Positions 29,506-40,000 of a stretch of DNA of 64,000 nucleotides are shown here, in pieces (position 1 is the first letter of the stretch; each line of letters begins with the position of its first letter). Both the position numbers and the translations under genes were made by a program. The stretch is from NCBI GenBank assembly GCA_038207335.1, contig JBBQZX010000013.1, positions 1-64,000 of the forward strand, in the 5' to 3' direction. The stretch is from Chthoniobacterales bacterium (lineage in GTDB: Bacteria > Verrucomicrobiota > Verrucomicrobiia > Chthoniobacterales > Chthoniobacteraceae). Below the pieces are notes generated by a model. That model did no database searches and was not told where the DNA came from. It saw only the letters and a list, made by a program, of their open reading frames with translations.

Positions 29506-30122
29506 TTCTCCGATTCCTGCCGTGTGTCGCCGGTTGGCAGTTTGAAATCTCGGCAATAGCTGTGCGATTCCCCGACGGGACGCGGATGCTCGAGGTTCAC
29601 GTCATTCATGGTATGACCGGAACCCCATGAGAAAAGCTTCTCGAAAAACGGCAGCAGCCGGCTCGACTTGATCTGATCGAGGAAATGGACCTCGTGCTCT
29701 TTTTCCTTGAGCCCCATTTCGTAGAGCATCTCGTCGTGCTCGCGGATTCCGAGCGAGTGGAAATAGCGCATCATCAGGAAATATTCGCAGACGTTTCCGC
29801 TCTCGAGTTTGCCCGCGAAAAAGTACGGCATGAACCATCCGATGACGTGGCAGCTCATCGAGATCAGCTTGCCGATCACGTAAAAGTGCACCTCGTTGTA
29901 GCGCGAAATCGGCACATCGTAGCGCTGCATCATGCCGAGGACGTTCGCGCGATGATTCCATTCGTCCTGCTCGATCTGTTTCACCGCCGCCTTCGCTTCC
30001 GCGTGCTTGAGCGAAGCCGCGTGGCCGATATAAGCAAACGCCGCAGCCATCTCAGCCGAGTAAGCCCGCTGCAATAGCGCCGCGAGGGCGGGATGGCCGA
30101 GGTTCATCGTCGATTTTGGCAT
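29502..30122 (-). CDS. Ferritin-like (di-iron carboxylate) domain protein
   Basis: AYSAE.AAAFAY.GH, DEWNH, KLESGN and EKEHE ExxH pattern. Confidence 0.75.
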   Translation of the reverse strand: MPKSTMNLGHPALAALLQRAYSAEMAAAFAYIGHAASLKHAEAKAAVKQIEQDEWNHRANVLGMMQRYDVPISRYNEVHFYVIGKLISMSCHVIGWFMPYFFAGKLESGNVCEYFLMMRYFHSLGIREHDEMLYEMGLKEKEHEVHFLDQIKSSRLLPFFEKLFSWGSGHTMNDVNLEHPRPVGESHSYCRDFKLPTGDTRQESEN

Positions 30123-30259
30123 TGGTGGAAGATGCGCTGTAACCGGCCGAATGGTGAACGGAATTGGGCCTGCGCGGCGGAATGAGTTGCGCTCTTGAAG
30201 CCGCAAAGTTCGGACAGCTTGTGGGTGTAGGAGTTGCGGCCACAATCCACGTCGTTCCG

Positions 30260-31363
30260 TTATCGTGGGGCGGCGCTTCGGAGCGGTTCTCGGAGGGCTG
30301 TTTTGCGCGAGTCGGGCGCGTGGGGGGCGGGTGCGGCCGAGGTGGGAGTGGGTTCGGGTGCAGAGCCTGCGCGCTGGACTGTGTACCCGGCGGCTTTCAG
30401 GAGGCTGGGGAGATTTTGGGGCTCCCCGACGAGGTGCTCGGCACCTACGACGATGAGGGCCGATCTACCAGAGGCAAAGATCGAGCCGATTTTGCGAACC
30501 CAGTTCTGGTTTCGCTTGGTGAGGAGATTGAAGTGCATCTCGTCGGCGATGAGGGCGCCGCCGCCGTTGAGCGTTCTTTTGAGTTCTGCCTCGTTGCCAC
30601 TGCGCCACGCGCGGCGAATCGGAATTGTGCCGAAATCTGGCTTGCCGAAGTTGAGGAGAGCGGAGCGAAGATTGGCCTCCTGGTCGGGGAGGTTGCTGTC
30701 GGCCATGGCATAGACTTGGTCCTGAGGCTGCTCGAGACCACCAACGGGCTTTTTATCCATGCGAGCACGCTGTTCGAGGAAATATTCCAAGGAGAAATCG
30801 CGGGCGAGCCCGGCGCGAGTGTAGCCTTCGCGAGTGATGGTGAGCGCGGCGAACCACGGCTCCATCGCCGTGATTTTCTCGAGTAACGCGGGGCTGTCTC
30901 GGAGGGCGATTTTGGTTTCACTCCATGCGCCGGGGGTTACGCGGGAGGAGAGGTGGCTGCGGTCGGGCGCGTAGCCGCGGCGGCTGAGGATGGTGCTGAT
31001 CTCGGCGGTCTCCCAGCCACCAGGCATGACCTCGAAGTAGAGGGTCTCGGCGCGCTCGTAGTAGGGGGAGTAGGCGGGGAAGAGATTCTGGTCGGGGTCC
31101 GCGCCGAGGTGGAGACAACCGGCGAGCCAAATGCGATTCTTGCCCTTGGAGACTTCCCAAATCCACGGGCGGTGGGCTGCGACCGCGGAGAGCTCGGCGC
31201 GGTGCTGCCGAGTGTAATTTTGGGCTGCGACGCCTTCGGACTCGAGTCGCGAACCGGCATCCTCGGCGGCACGGCTAGGAATCAGGGCGAGCGCGAGGAA
31301 GGAAACTAGGAATGCGGGGAGAAGTGCCCGGCGGGCAGGCAGGCGATGGGTTTGTGCGGACAC
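30260..31363 (-). CDS. TraB/GumN (Tiki-like) family protein
   Basis: WEVSKG..RIWLAGCLH, PVGGLE, RNQNW and VVGAEHL; N-terminal signal. Start uncertain (GTG at 31363 chosen). Confidence 0.8.
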   Translation of the reverse strand: MSAQTHRLPARRALLPAFLVSFLALALIPSRAAEDAGSRLESEGVAAQNYTRQHRAELSAVAAHRPWIWEVSKGKNRIWLAGCLHLGADPDQNLFPAYSPYYERAETLYFEVMPGGWETAEISTILSRRGYAPDRSHLSSRVTPGAWSETKIALRDSPALLEKITAMEPWFAALTITREGYTRAGLARDFSLEYFLEQRARMDKKPVGGLEQPQDQVYAMADSNLPDQEANLRSALLNFGKPDFGTIPIRRAWRSGNEAELKRTLNGGGALIADEMHFNLLTKRNQNWVRKIGSIFASGRSALIVVGAEHLVGEPQNLPSLLKAAGYTVQRAGSAPEPTPTSAAPAPHAPDSRKTALREPLRSAAPR

Positions 31364-31564
31364 GGTTGCGAACTTTAACAGCCTTTTGAAAATCGATCCG
31401 CCCGTGGCGGGACCGCGGGCTCGTAGTTTAAGCAGAAAACAGGAAACCAAGAAACATCGGGCTTGGGCGCGGATCGCGCGTTCCCGCTTTTCTAGTTTCC
31501 TACGTCAATTTCCACTCCCGCACAACCGCTGTGGAGGCACCTATTTGCGAACAATGCGAAACGC

Positions 31565-31807
31565 TCAGGGATTGAGTGTGACGGAGTGATAGCCAGCTCT
31601 GCTGACGTGTGCGCCGGTGCCGCTGCCGCGCTCGACCGAGCCCTGCATGTCGGTGGAATGGACAGTGCCATCGGCATCGACGACGCGGCTGCCCGGGAGC
31701 GGCCGTCCGGTGCGGCCATCGACGACGGTGGTGGTGGTGGATTCGCAGGCGGTGAGAAGGAAGCCGCTGAGGAGTGAAATGGTAAGGGTGAGCGTTGTTT
31801 TGTTCAT
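31565..31807 (-). CDS. Small lipoprotein
   Basis: MNKTTLTLTISLLSGFLLTAC with lipobox LTAC. Confidence 0.65.
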   Translation of the reverse strand: MNKTTLTLTISLLSGFLLTACESTTTTVVDGRTGRPLPGSRVVDADGTVHSTDMQGSVERGSGTGAHVSRAGYHSVTLNP

Positions 31808-31892
31808 GATGGGTTATGGATGCGGTGACTCGGGCGAAAGGGAGGCAAGCCGGTGAAGATTCTGTGCGATCGGTGGATGAAAGGAGCATTTC

Positions 31893-32333
31893 CTAATGTT
31901 CGCGTCGTATGCCTGCCGCTGCCGGACGGACGGGATAAAAGGGGAGGCAAACGAATGCAAGCACAAAGAGGTAGCTCGCACACAGGGTTAGGGCACCCGA
32001 TTTCCATTGGATTGATTTGGCGAGGGCACCGGCGCCGAACGCGTTAAGGAGTTCGAGCTTTTCGGCGCGCCACTGCCAGCCAGAGACGCCGACATCAATG
32101 AGCAAGCCTAGGCAGACGCCGGCGAGGAGTATCGAAAGCCGCGGATGGCGGTAGAGGATGGCAGCGGCGGCGATGACTGCCGCCGCTGCCCAAAGGCGTC
32201 CCCCGCCGCCCCAAGTAGTTTCGCCCAGACGGAGGGTGCCTGCGATGGGGACTGTGGCAAACGGTAGGAAGTGCGCGCCGAGGATGGCGACGGTGGCAAG
32301 AAGACCAGCGAGCAGTGGAATGAGACGGTTCAT
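31893..32333 (-). CDS. Hypothetical membrane protein
   Basis: About four hydrophobic segments; its start overlaps the ABC gene stop (ATGA). Confidence 0.7.
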   Translation of the reverse strand: MNRLIPLLAGLLATVAILGAHFLPFATVPIAGTLRLGETTWGGGGRLWAAAAVIAAAAILYRHPRLSILLAGVCLGLLIDVGVSGWQWRAEKLELLNAFGAGALAKSIQWKSGALTLCASYLFVLAFVCLPFYPVRPAAAGIRREH

Positions 32334-35300
32334 GAGCCGGCTTGTCGTTTGGAGAGGTTGACGAGCAATAAGATGTAACAGCCAGCGATCCAACCGCCGA
32401 GGACAGCCCAGCTCGTAATCGCGGGGACGGTCAGTTTGTAGGAGACTCCTTGCGGGAATAGGACATCACGGCGCGATTCAATGGTATCTCGAGCCGGAGC
32501 TTTGATTCGCGCGCCAACGGTGTGGCCGCGCACGATGAGGTTTTGCCAGGACTTGCTGACTTCGGAGAGCTTGTCGTAGCTCTCGGTTTCGGGAGCATCG
32601 TTCTCGGTGAAACGGACGGTCTCTTTTTCGTAAGGCGGGGAGGAAAGGAACGCCGGGATCTTGGTCTTGTTCGTAATGAGTGGCGTGATGCGCCCGTAAA
32701 GGTTTGCGGTATCCATGAGACGCTGCAAATTGAAGCTCGGAAGGACGGAGCTAAACCACAGGACTGGGCGCGCCATTTCGGGGGAGGTGACGACGAAACC
32801 GCCGAAAAGGATTTGCGGAATCAGGATCAATGGAACCCACATGACGGCTTGGGTAACTGTATTGACCGAGGCGGAAACCAGCAGACCGAGAGCGACTCCG
32901 CAAACCGCCGCGGCAAGCAAAGCGCCGACTCGGAGACTCAGGAGAGTGGCGAGGAAGCCAATCCAAGAGCGTTGGTCGTTGAAGTTGAAGGGGGTGGAGT
33001 AATTGTCTTCGCGTTTGACTCCGAGTTCGTCGAGGACGTTGTCTTTCACACGAAAGAACCACGCGATGTTTTCGAGAACCTTGAACTCTCGGTCGGACGC
33101 GACGAGGCCGGTGGGATTGGAGTAATGTGCGGTGTTTTCGACGATCGGTGGCTTGTAGTTATCAGCATCGACGATGAGAAAGTCGTCGGCAGGAGCGGCC
33201 ACGGGCTCGGTGCTGGAGTCGGCGGTTGTCTTTACCGCCGCGGGCTTCATGAATTCCGGCTGATCGGCAAAGAAGAGCTGCGCAAAGACGGCGTGTTCGG
33301 CTGCGTTATCGTGTTTCTCGAGATTCGGAAGGATTTCGGGATTGAATAAGTGGTGCGTACAAAGGACCGCGAGGAAAAGGATGATCGCTTGGACGGAGGT
33401 GATCGCGGACTGGAAGATCAGCTTGCTGACGACATAGACGTTCAGACCGACTCCGGCGAGGCGCTCGCGGCGGAAGATGGGAAGTTCCGCAACGATTTGT
33501 TGCGCGCCATTGCTGCACCCAAACCACAGGGTTGCGATGACGGTGATGAACATCTGAAAGACGAGATTTTCGCTCACCCATCCAACGAGAATCCCGATGA
33601 CCATGGCCTGCGCGAGGAGGAAGATGTAATTGAGCGGGTCGGCGATGAGGATGCGCCATTGGCGGGCGAGGAGGACGCTGAGGACCTTGATCGCCCCGGG
33701 GCGACGCGGTCCTGCTTGGGCCACCGCGTCGGGATCTTCGGCCTCGTGAACGGGCAGGAATTGCCGGCCTTTGAACGCGGCGAAGGCGTCAGCCATCTCC
33801 GCGGCGACTTTGGCGTCGAGATGGCGCTTGTTTAAGGTGGTGCCTTCGGGGGTGGCGCGGATTTGTTCGGCCCGGCGAGCGACGCTGCGCCCGACTTCGC
33901 CGTACACTTTTGGCAATTTGCTGAGAAGCTCGTCGTCGGAAATGCGTAGGGGTGCACCCGAGGAGCCGTAGCTGGAGCCGGCGGAGGCCGGGGTCGGGGT
34001 TGCGCCGTGGCTACCGGAGGCGGAGGAGGAGCTGTTGGGATTGCGACGGTCGCCGACGAGGAAGTAACGGACGGCTTCGGCGGAACGTCCGAGGAAAATG
34101 ATGCGACCGCCGTGGACCCAGACGATGGCTTTGAAAAGGTGGCTGTTCTGCAGGACGTGGGTGGTGCAGAGGATGCCCATGCGTTTGTTGCGCGCGAGGA
34201 CGGAGAGCTCGGTCATGAGTTCGCTTTCGGTCTGCGGGTCGAGGCCGGAGGTCGGCTCGTCGAGGAAGAGAAAACGCGGGTTCATGATGAGCTCGGAGGC
34301 GATGCTCACGCGCTTGCATTGACCACCGGAAAGGACGCGCACGGGTTTTGCTTGGTGCTCAGTGAGGGAGAGTGTGGCGAGGACCGTGTCCACGGCTTCC
34401 TCGACCTGCCGTTTTGGCAGTAAGACGCGCAAATTCGCCCCATAGACGAGCGCTTGGCGGACGGTGAGTTCTTTGTGGACGATGTCTTCCTGTGGGACGT
34501 ATCCGATCCCGGTCTTCGCCATATCCGCCGGGCCGGTGATGCGGCGTCCATCGATCCAGACGGCACCTGCCTGCGCGGGAGCCATGCCGCAGACGGCCTT
34601 CATCAGTGTGGATTTTCCCTGACCGCTGCCGCCGAGGACACCGACGAAATCTCCGCATTCGAGGTCGAGATCGACATCGGCGAGGATTTTGAATCCATCG
34701 TCTGCGACGCGCGCGAGCCCACGGGCCTGGATCGCGCCGCCTTGGCCGATGTGCGAGAGGGAGGTGCCGTTGAATTGGAATGTGTAGTAGTCGTAATCGG
34801 GAATCTGGATGCAATCGCCGAAGACGAGCCTCTCCCGCGTGAAGCCTTGGTCGCCGTTGAGCTTCGTGCGGTATTTGGAGTGGTCGTGGTGGTTGATCAG
34901 GTAGATGCCATCATTCTCGCGGACGAGTTCCGCCTGTTTGCTTGAGATGCTGAAAATCTCGGTGTCGAGAGCGAGGCGCGGGGTTGCTTCGCCGGCGCGA
35001 TTTTCGCTCCCACGTCCGATGATGAGGCCACCCGGAGGGATCGTGAGCTCGGAGCACGGCTTGCCTCCGTAGAGCGGTGCGGCGGGTGTGCGCTCGAGGA
35101 GAAAGGAAAGGTCGAGGCAATTGATGACACAACTGGAGACGGAGAGGATGCGCGACTCGGTGGGTCGCAGTGGGACGTTATTTACGGAGACTGTGTCCTC
35201 GGGACCGCGGCTCGAGAGCGCCCACGAGCAGGCGCGCGCCATCCAAGTCAGGCAGAGGTGGCCATTGGCGAGGCCGATTGTCTCGACGACTACCATGGAG

Positions 35301-35419
35301 CCGGGGCCGCCGATGGTGACTGGAGTGCCCTCGCCGCGCGTGCGGCCCGAGAGGTCGTCGAGGTCGAACGTCGCGGCGATTGCGTGATTGGCGTCGAGGA
35401 GGGAGAATCTGGAAATCAT
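32330..35419 (-). CDS. FHA-domain ABC transporter, NBD-permease fusion (Rv1747-like)
   Basis: Two FHA-like N-terminal regions; Walker A GGSGQGKST, LSGGQ, FLDEPTSGLD and TTH; ABC-2 membrane part with ELPIFRRER and IPQILFGG. Confidence 0.88.
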   Translation of the reverse strand: MISRFSLLDANHAIAATFDLDDLSGRTRGEGTPVTIGGPGSMVVVETIGLANGHLCLTWMARACSWALSSRGPEDTVSVNNVPLRPTESRILSVSSCVINCLDLSFLLERTPAAPLYGGKPCSELTIPPGGLIIGRGSENRAGEATPRLALDTEIFSISSKQAELVRENDGIYLINHHDHSKYRTKLNGDQGFTRERLVFGDCIQIPDYDYYTFQFNGTSLSHIGQGGAIQARGLARVADDGFKILADVDLDLECGDFVGVLGGSGQGKSTLMKAVCGMAPAQAGAVWIDGRRITGPADMAKTGIGYVPQEDIVHKELTVRQALVYGANLRVLLPKRQVEEAVDTVLATLSLTEHQAKPVRVLSGGQCKRVSIASELIMNPRFLFLDEPTSGLDPQTESELMTELSVLARNKRMGILCTTHVLQNSHLFKAIVWVHGGRIIFLGRSAEAVRYFLVGDRRNPNSSSSASGSHGATPTPASAGSSYGSSGAPLRISDDELLSKLPKVYGEVGRSVARRAEQIRATPEGTTLNKRHLDAKVAAEMADAFAAFKGRQFLPVHEAEDPDAVAQAGPRRPGAIKVLSVLLARQWRILIADPLNYIFLLAQAMVIGILVGWVSENLVFQMFITVIATLWFGCSNGAQQIVAELPIFRRERLAGVGLNVYVVSKLIFQSAITSVQAIILFLAVLCTHHLFNPEILPNLEKHDNAAEHAVFAQLFFADQPEFMKPAAVKTTADSSTEPVAAPADDFLIVDADNYKPPIVENTAHYSNPTGLVASDREFKVLENIAWFFRVKDNVLDELGVKREDNYSTPFNFNDQRSWIGFLATLLSLRVGALLAAAVCGVALGLLVSASVNTVTQAVMWVPLILIPQILFGGFVVTSPEMARPVLWFSSVLPSFNLQRLMDTANLYGRITPLITNKTKIPAFLSSPPYEKETVRFTENDAPETESYDKLSEVSKSWQNLIVRGHTVGARIKAPARDTIESRRDVLFPQGVSYKLTVPAITSWAVLGGWIAGCYILLLVNLSKRQAGS

Positions 35420-35456
35420 TGCCGCGCTTCCCGTGGACCCTCAGCCGCAAGCGCGA

Positions 35457-35978
35457 TCATTTCGGCACTGGGCCCCAATCCATGTCGATGTGTTTGCGTC
35501 CGTCGGAGGAGCGCACGTCGCCGGAGCCGCCACGGGTGCGGACGCCTTCGGGTTGTTTGGCCTGAGGGGGAGGAGTGTCGGAGAGCTTGAAGTCGCCGTT
35601 TGTTGTGGCCGGATCGTCACGGCGCGCCGCCTCCGCGCGAGCTGCGCCAAGTAGAGGCGCCAGTTCTTTTGCCAGTGCCTGCACATCCACCTTCGCCTTT
35701 GAGCGCGCTTCATCGAGCTCCGCTTGCATGGCCTGCATCTTTCCCTGCGCTTCGCTGAGCTGCGCGCGCAGGGTGCCCTCCGAGAGCTGTACGCGAGAGA
35801 GTTCCCGCTCTTTTTCGTCGATGCGTTTTTGAAAGGACTCGGAAAGTGCGCCGATTTGTCTGCTCTGGCTGTCGCAAGCGGAGAACAAACTGAGCGTCGC
35901 GACGGCGAGCACCGCGCTCCAGCGCATGCCACGGTTAGTTGAAGGTGGAGGATTCGTGGAAAGGGTGAGCGATTTCAT
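35457..35978 (-). CDS. Coiled-coil lipoprotein
   Basis: RWSAVLAVATLSLFSAC lipobox followed by a heptad-rich segment. Start is 35978 or 35927. Confidence 0.65.
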   Translation of the reverse strand: MKSLTLSTNPPPSTNRGMRWSAVLAVATLSLFSACDSQSRQIGALSESFQKRIDEKERELSRVQLSEGTLRAQLSEAQGKMQAMQAELDEARSKAKVDVQALAKELAPLLGAARAEAARRDDPATTNGDFKLSDTPPPQAKQPEGVRTRGGSGDVRSSDGRKHIDMDWGPVPK

Positions 35979-36084
35979 GCAAGGTCGGAAACTAGACTGG
36001 CGAACGCCGCCGTCCGGCAGGATCGGAAAAACGCAAATGATTCTTGACCGGCACACGACTGCAAGCCTTTTCTTTTTGTGTCCT

Positions 36085-36948
36085 ATGATCTCCAAAATTG
36101 TCCGGCTTCCGGTGCTCTTCCTCTTCGCCACGGTGTTAGTGATTCCGGGAAGCGCGCTTCGTGGACAGGATGCGCCGAAGGACCGCCAGAATGTTGGCCT
36201 TCCACAAATCAGCGTCATCGACAAGCTGCTTGCGGCAGAGATCAGCCTCGGGCCGAGCATGAAGCTGCGCGATGAAGAGGCGTGGGCTTCGCAATACAAG
36301 GCGCTTTACGGAAAATACAAGGAAGAGGCGAATCCGGGGAACATGTCCAAGAGTCGCACCGTGCTGGCGATGGCGCTCGGGATCAAAGCCTCGGATGGGG
36401 TGATAGCCTTGAAAGCGCGAGACATGGAAGCCCTGAACGACTGCGCCGAGCAGATCGAAAAGCTCGCGGCAAAGCTAGAGGTGCCCGGCAAAAATCTCGA
36501 GCGCGCCAGCATCGTCAAACACCACGCGAAACAGCAACACTGGGTAGAGGCATTCATGGAACTCGGATATTTGCAGTACCAGATCATGAGGACGCTGGAG
36601 AATAACCCCGAGCAGCGCGACGACGCGATGCTAGTCATCATCGGAGGCTGGCTCCAAGGCGGGCGCTGCGTTACTGGCCTTCTCTCCGAGCATTACACGC
36701 CAGAGGCCTCGAACATCCTGCGCGAGCCAAAACTCGTGGCGCTAATGATCAAGGAACTCGATAAGCTCAAACCAGAATACAAGCAGGATCCTGTGGTCGC
36801 GGCCGTGTTGAAGTTTCTCCCCGACGTGCAGCATAAGATCGATGTGGGGCTGCACGATCCCATCCCGCTCGAAGTGTTGAAATCGCTGAACGAAGGCTTC
36901 GAGCGGCTCGTCAAGCTGATCATGAAGCCGTCGGCTGCCGCTCCTTGA
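36085..36948 (+). CDS. Secreted all-alpha hypothetical protein
   Basis: Signal peptide MISKIVRLPVLFLFATVLVIPGSALRG; normal codon pattern; helical composition. Confidence 0.75.
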   Translation: MISKIVRLPVLFLFATVLVIPGSALRGQDAPKDRQNVGLPQISVIDKLLAAEISLGPSMKLRDEEAWASQYKALYGKYKEEANPGNMSKSRTVLAMALGIKASDGVIALKARDMEALNDCAEQIEKLAAKLEVPGKNLERASIVKHHAKQQHWVEAFMELGYLQYQIMRTLENNPEQRDDAMLVIIGGWLQGGRCVTGLLSEHYTPEASNILREPKLVALMIKELDKLKPEYKQDPVVAAVLKFLPDVQHKIDVGLHDPIPLEVLKSLNEGFERLVKLIMKPSAAAP

Positions 36949-37050
36949 GCTGAATTTTTTTAATGGAGGAGAGTCGAGGAGACGCTTCTTAGCACGCAAA
37001 GCCAAGTTTCATTGCTCGCAGGATCAAAAACCGATAACGCTGCTTTTGAT

Positions 37051-40000
37051 ATGGAAAGTCCAACGCTCAATTACGAACACTTTCAGATCGAGACCGATAT
37101 CACGGGTGCCCCGGTCGAGCTGGATTCCAACGGGCAGGGAGTGACTTATCGCGCTTACGATACGCGGCTCAGAAAAACCGTTGCACTCAAGATTGTCCGG
37201 CGCGAATTGCTCCAGGACGACAACAATCGAAAACGGTTTCTCAACGAGGCGCGCGCGGCTGCCGCGCTCGACCACCCGAATATAGCGCGGGTGATCCACC
37301 TTTGCCCGGCGGACGCCGATGAGTTTTACTACGCGATGGAGATCGTGGATGGGGAGCCGCTCACGCAATACATCGAGCGGGAGGGGCCTATGCCACTGGA
37401 TCAGGCACTCCGCACGCTCCAGCCGATTGCCGAGGCGTTGATCGCGCTGGGCAATCAGCGGTTCGTCCACCGCGACATCCAGCCGGGAAACATTATGCTT
37501 ACGACTGGCGCGCAGGGGACGCCGACCGTGAAGCTCATCGATTTCGGCCTCGCGAAATCTATCGGCACGCAGGCGGGATTGCTCGAAGTCGTCAACACGG
37601 CGGAACTGCGCGCCAGCAGTGTCTATAATCTGAGCCCGGAGCAGATTCATGGAAATATCGCGATCGACTCCCGCGCGGATTTTTATGCGCTCGGCATCAC
37701 ACTCTGGACCTTGCTGACGGGCCATCCGCCGTTTGTCGGCAGTCCATTCGAGGTCAATGAAGGCCACCTCCACCGGGAGTTGCCGTGGGCGGAACTGCCC
37801 AACCTGCCGCCTCCGGCGCGCGGGTTGCTCGAGTCGATTTTGGCAAAAAGCGCGAGCGATCGACCCGCCGATGCGCACGCGCTGTGCAAGATGTGGGAGG
37901 CGGCGATTGCGAGCGCCGGGACCGGAGTGATGCCAATGCCGCGATCCGCGGGCCGAAAAAAAGAGGCGTCGAAGGAGCCGGCTGAGGAGACTGAAAGTGC
38001 GACAGCGGTTGGTAATCTGCGGCCCCTACACGAGGCTCCCGAGGGATGTTCCGAGCCGTCGCCTGCCGGAGTGCTCGCGGAAAAAGAGCGCGGTGGCGCG
38101 CTTTTCGTCGTCCGCACCATCCCCGAGCAACTCTCGGAATCCGTGCGCGACGAGCTTTTGCAAGCAACAAAGGCATCGCTCGATCACCCGCATCCGGCGC
38201 TGCTGAATGCTCGCGAAATTCGCGGCGCGCAGATCGTCAGCGACTGGAGGAAAGGGATCACGGCGGCGAAGCTGATCGCGATTCGGCGCGCGGACATTCC
38301 GCACGAGGTGATTCGCGGGTGGCTGCCGGCGGTCGCGCAAGCCGTCGATTGGGCGCGCGAAAACGGAGTGCAGCGGGCGACTTATCTGCCGACGAACTGG
38401 CTCGTGGAATTCCTCGATGCCGAGGTGGAGGAAACGCCGCTCGATCGTGCGCTGCGCGAGCCCGGCGTGTGGGGGCGCACCGCGGTGCGCGTCGATCCGC
38501 TGGCCGGTTTCGATTCGCTGCTGCTGGTCGCGGAGTCCGATCCGAATCAAACTTTGCTTCCCGGGGGCGGAGATCCGTTGACCTTTCCCTCCGCCTACAT
38601 TTCCGCGTTTGCACGCGGAGTGCGGGAGGCATTAGGCGGGCACTACCGGCAGGAAGAAGCGCCGCTGGCCACGATCAGCGAAGCGGCGAATGCTCTGCTC
38701 CTGGGTGCCATCAAGGGCCGCTCGGGATACGAAACCGCGGAGGCGTGGGCCGCTGCGTTTCTCGCCAGCGACGAGTCGAATGTTCCGGTAGCGCCTGTAC
38801 CCGCCGCGGCAATCACGCCGGGGATTCACGTGGCCGTGCGTGGGCTCGAAGGAGCAATGCGACGCGCTCCGGCGGCTGCCAAGAGTGGTGCTGCGGTTGG
38901 TGGATTTGCACAATTTTGGCGCTCAATGCCGGTCGCCGCGCGCTGGGCTGCGATCGTGGTCGCGCTGTTCCTGGTCGGTGGGCTCGCGTGGGGTTTCCTC
39001 GCTTCCCGCGCCAGAGCGCAGCGGGATGCCGTGACCGTCGCGCCGGTTGTGCCGCCTGCCTCGCCGGCGCGGCAGGATCTCGAGCGGGCAGAGGGCGCGT
39101 TTGCGAATGGCAATCGCGAACTCGCAAAAGGTCTGCTGCAGGACGTGCGGTCGAACATGCAGGGCAACGATGCGCAGGATCTGGAGCCGCGGATTGCCCA
39201 ACTCGAACAGCGAATGGAGGCGACAGCTCCGAAACCTCCGCGTGTGACGAGCATGGCGGAGAGAATCGAAGCTGCAACGAAGGATGAGTCTTTTGAGAAT
39301 GCGCTTGCGATGAAGTTCGTCCCGGTGCCGATCACGGGCGGGGAAACGGATGGGAGCCGCGTGCTTTTCGCGAGTACGGAGACGACCGTGGGTGTCTTCG
39401 AGAAATTCGCGAACAAGGAGTTATGGAAGCGTCAGCCGGGCCAGCAGGAGAACGATCCGGCTGTTTATCTCGTGCCGACGGACGCAGAGGCCTTCTGCCG
39501 TTGGATGAACAAGAAGTACAAGCTGCCGGGCAAATGGGAATATCGGCTGCCGACCGATCACGAGTGGAGCTGCGCGGCAGGGATCGGCGACAAGGAAGAT
39601 GCGGCGCTGCCAGCCAAGCAGCAGCAACCGGAGCGGAAAGAATATGCGTGGGGCGCATGGCCGCCAAAGCCCGCGAGTGGCAATTTTGCGGATGAAAGTT
39701 TCCGCAGCCTCCCGGGCGTGGACCCCACCGCGAGCGTGGTGAGCGGTTACAACGATGGATTCGCCGGCACTTCGCCGGTCGGAACCTTTGCGGTAAACCG
39801 GTTCGGGCTCTTCGACCTCGCGGGAAATGCGGCGGAGTGGTGCTACGATTCAACCGGATACGTTCTCCGCGGCGGCTCGTACTACAGCTCGAAGAAAGCG
39901 GAACTGGACCTTGCTGCGCGCCGTATCGGCGAAACGGACTCCCGTCAACCAATGAACGGCTTCCGCGTGGTGATCTCGGACCGGATCCCGCCGCGTCCTG

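Noticed and set aside
30260..31363. Conjugation gene (TraB name)
   Set aside because: TraB/GumN is a protease-like family, and no conjugation or T4SS genes are nearby.
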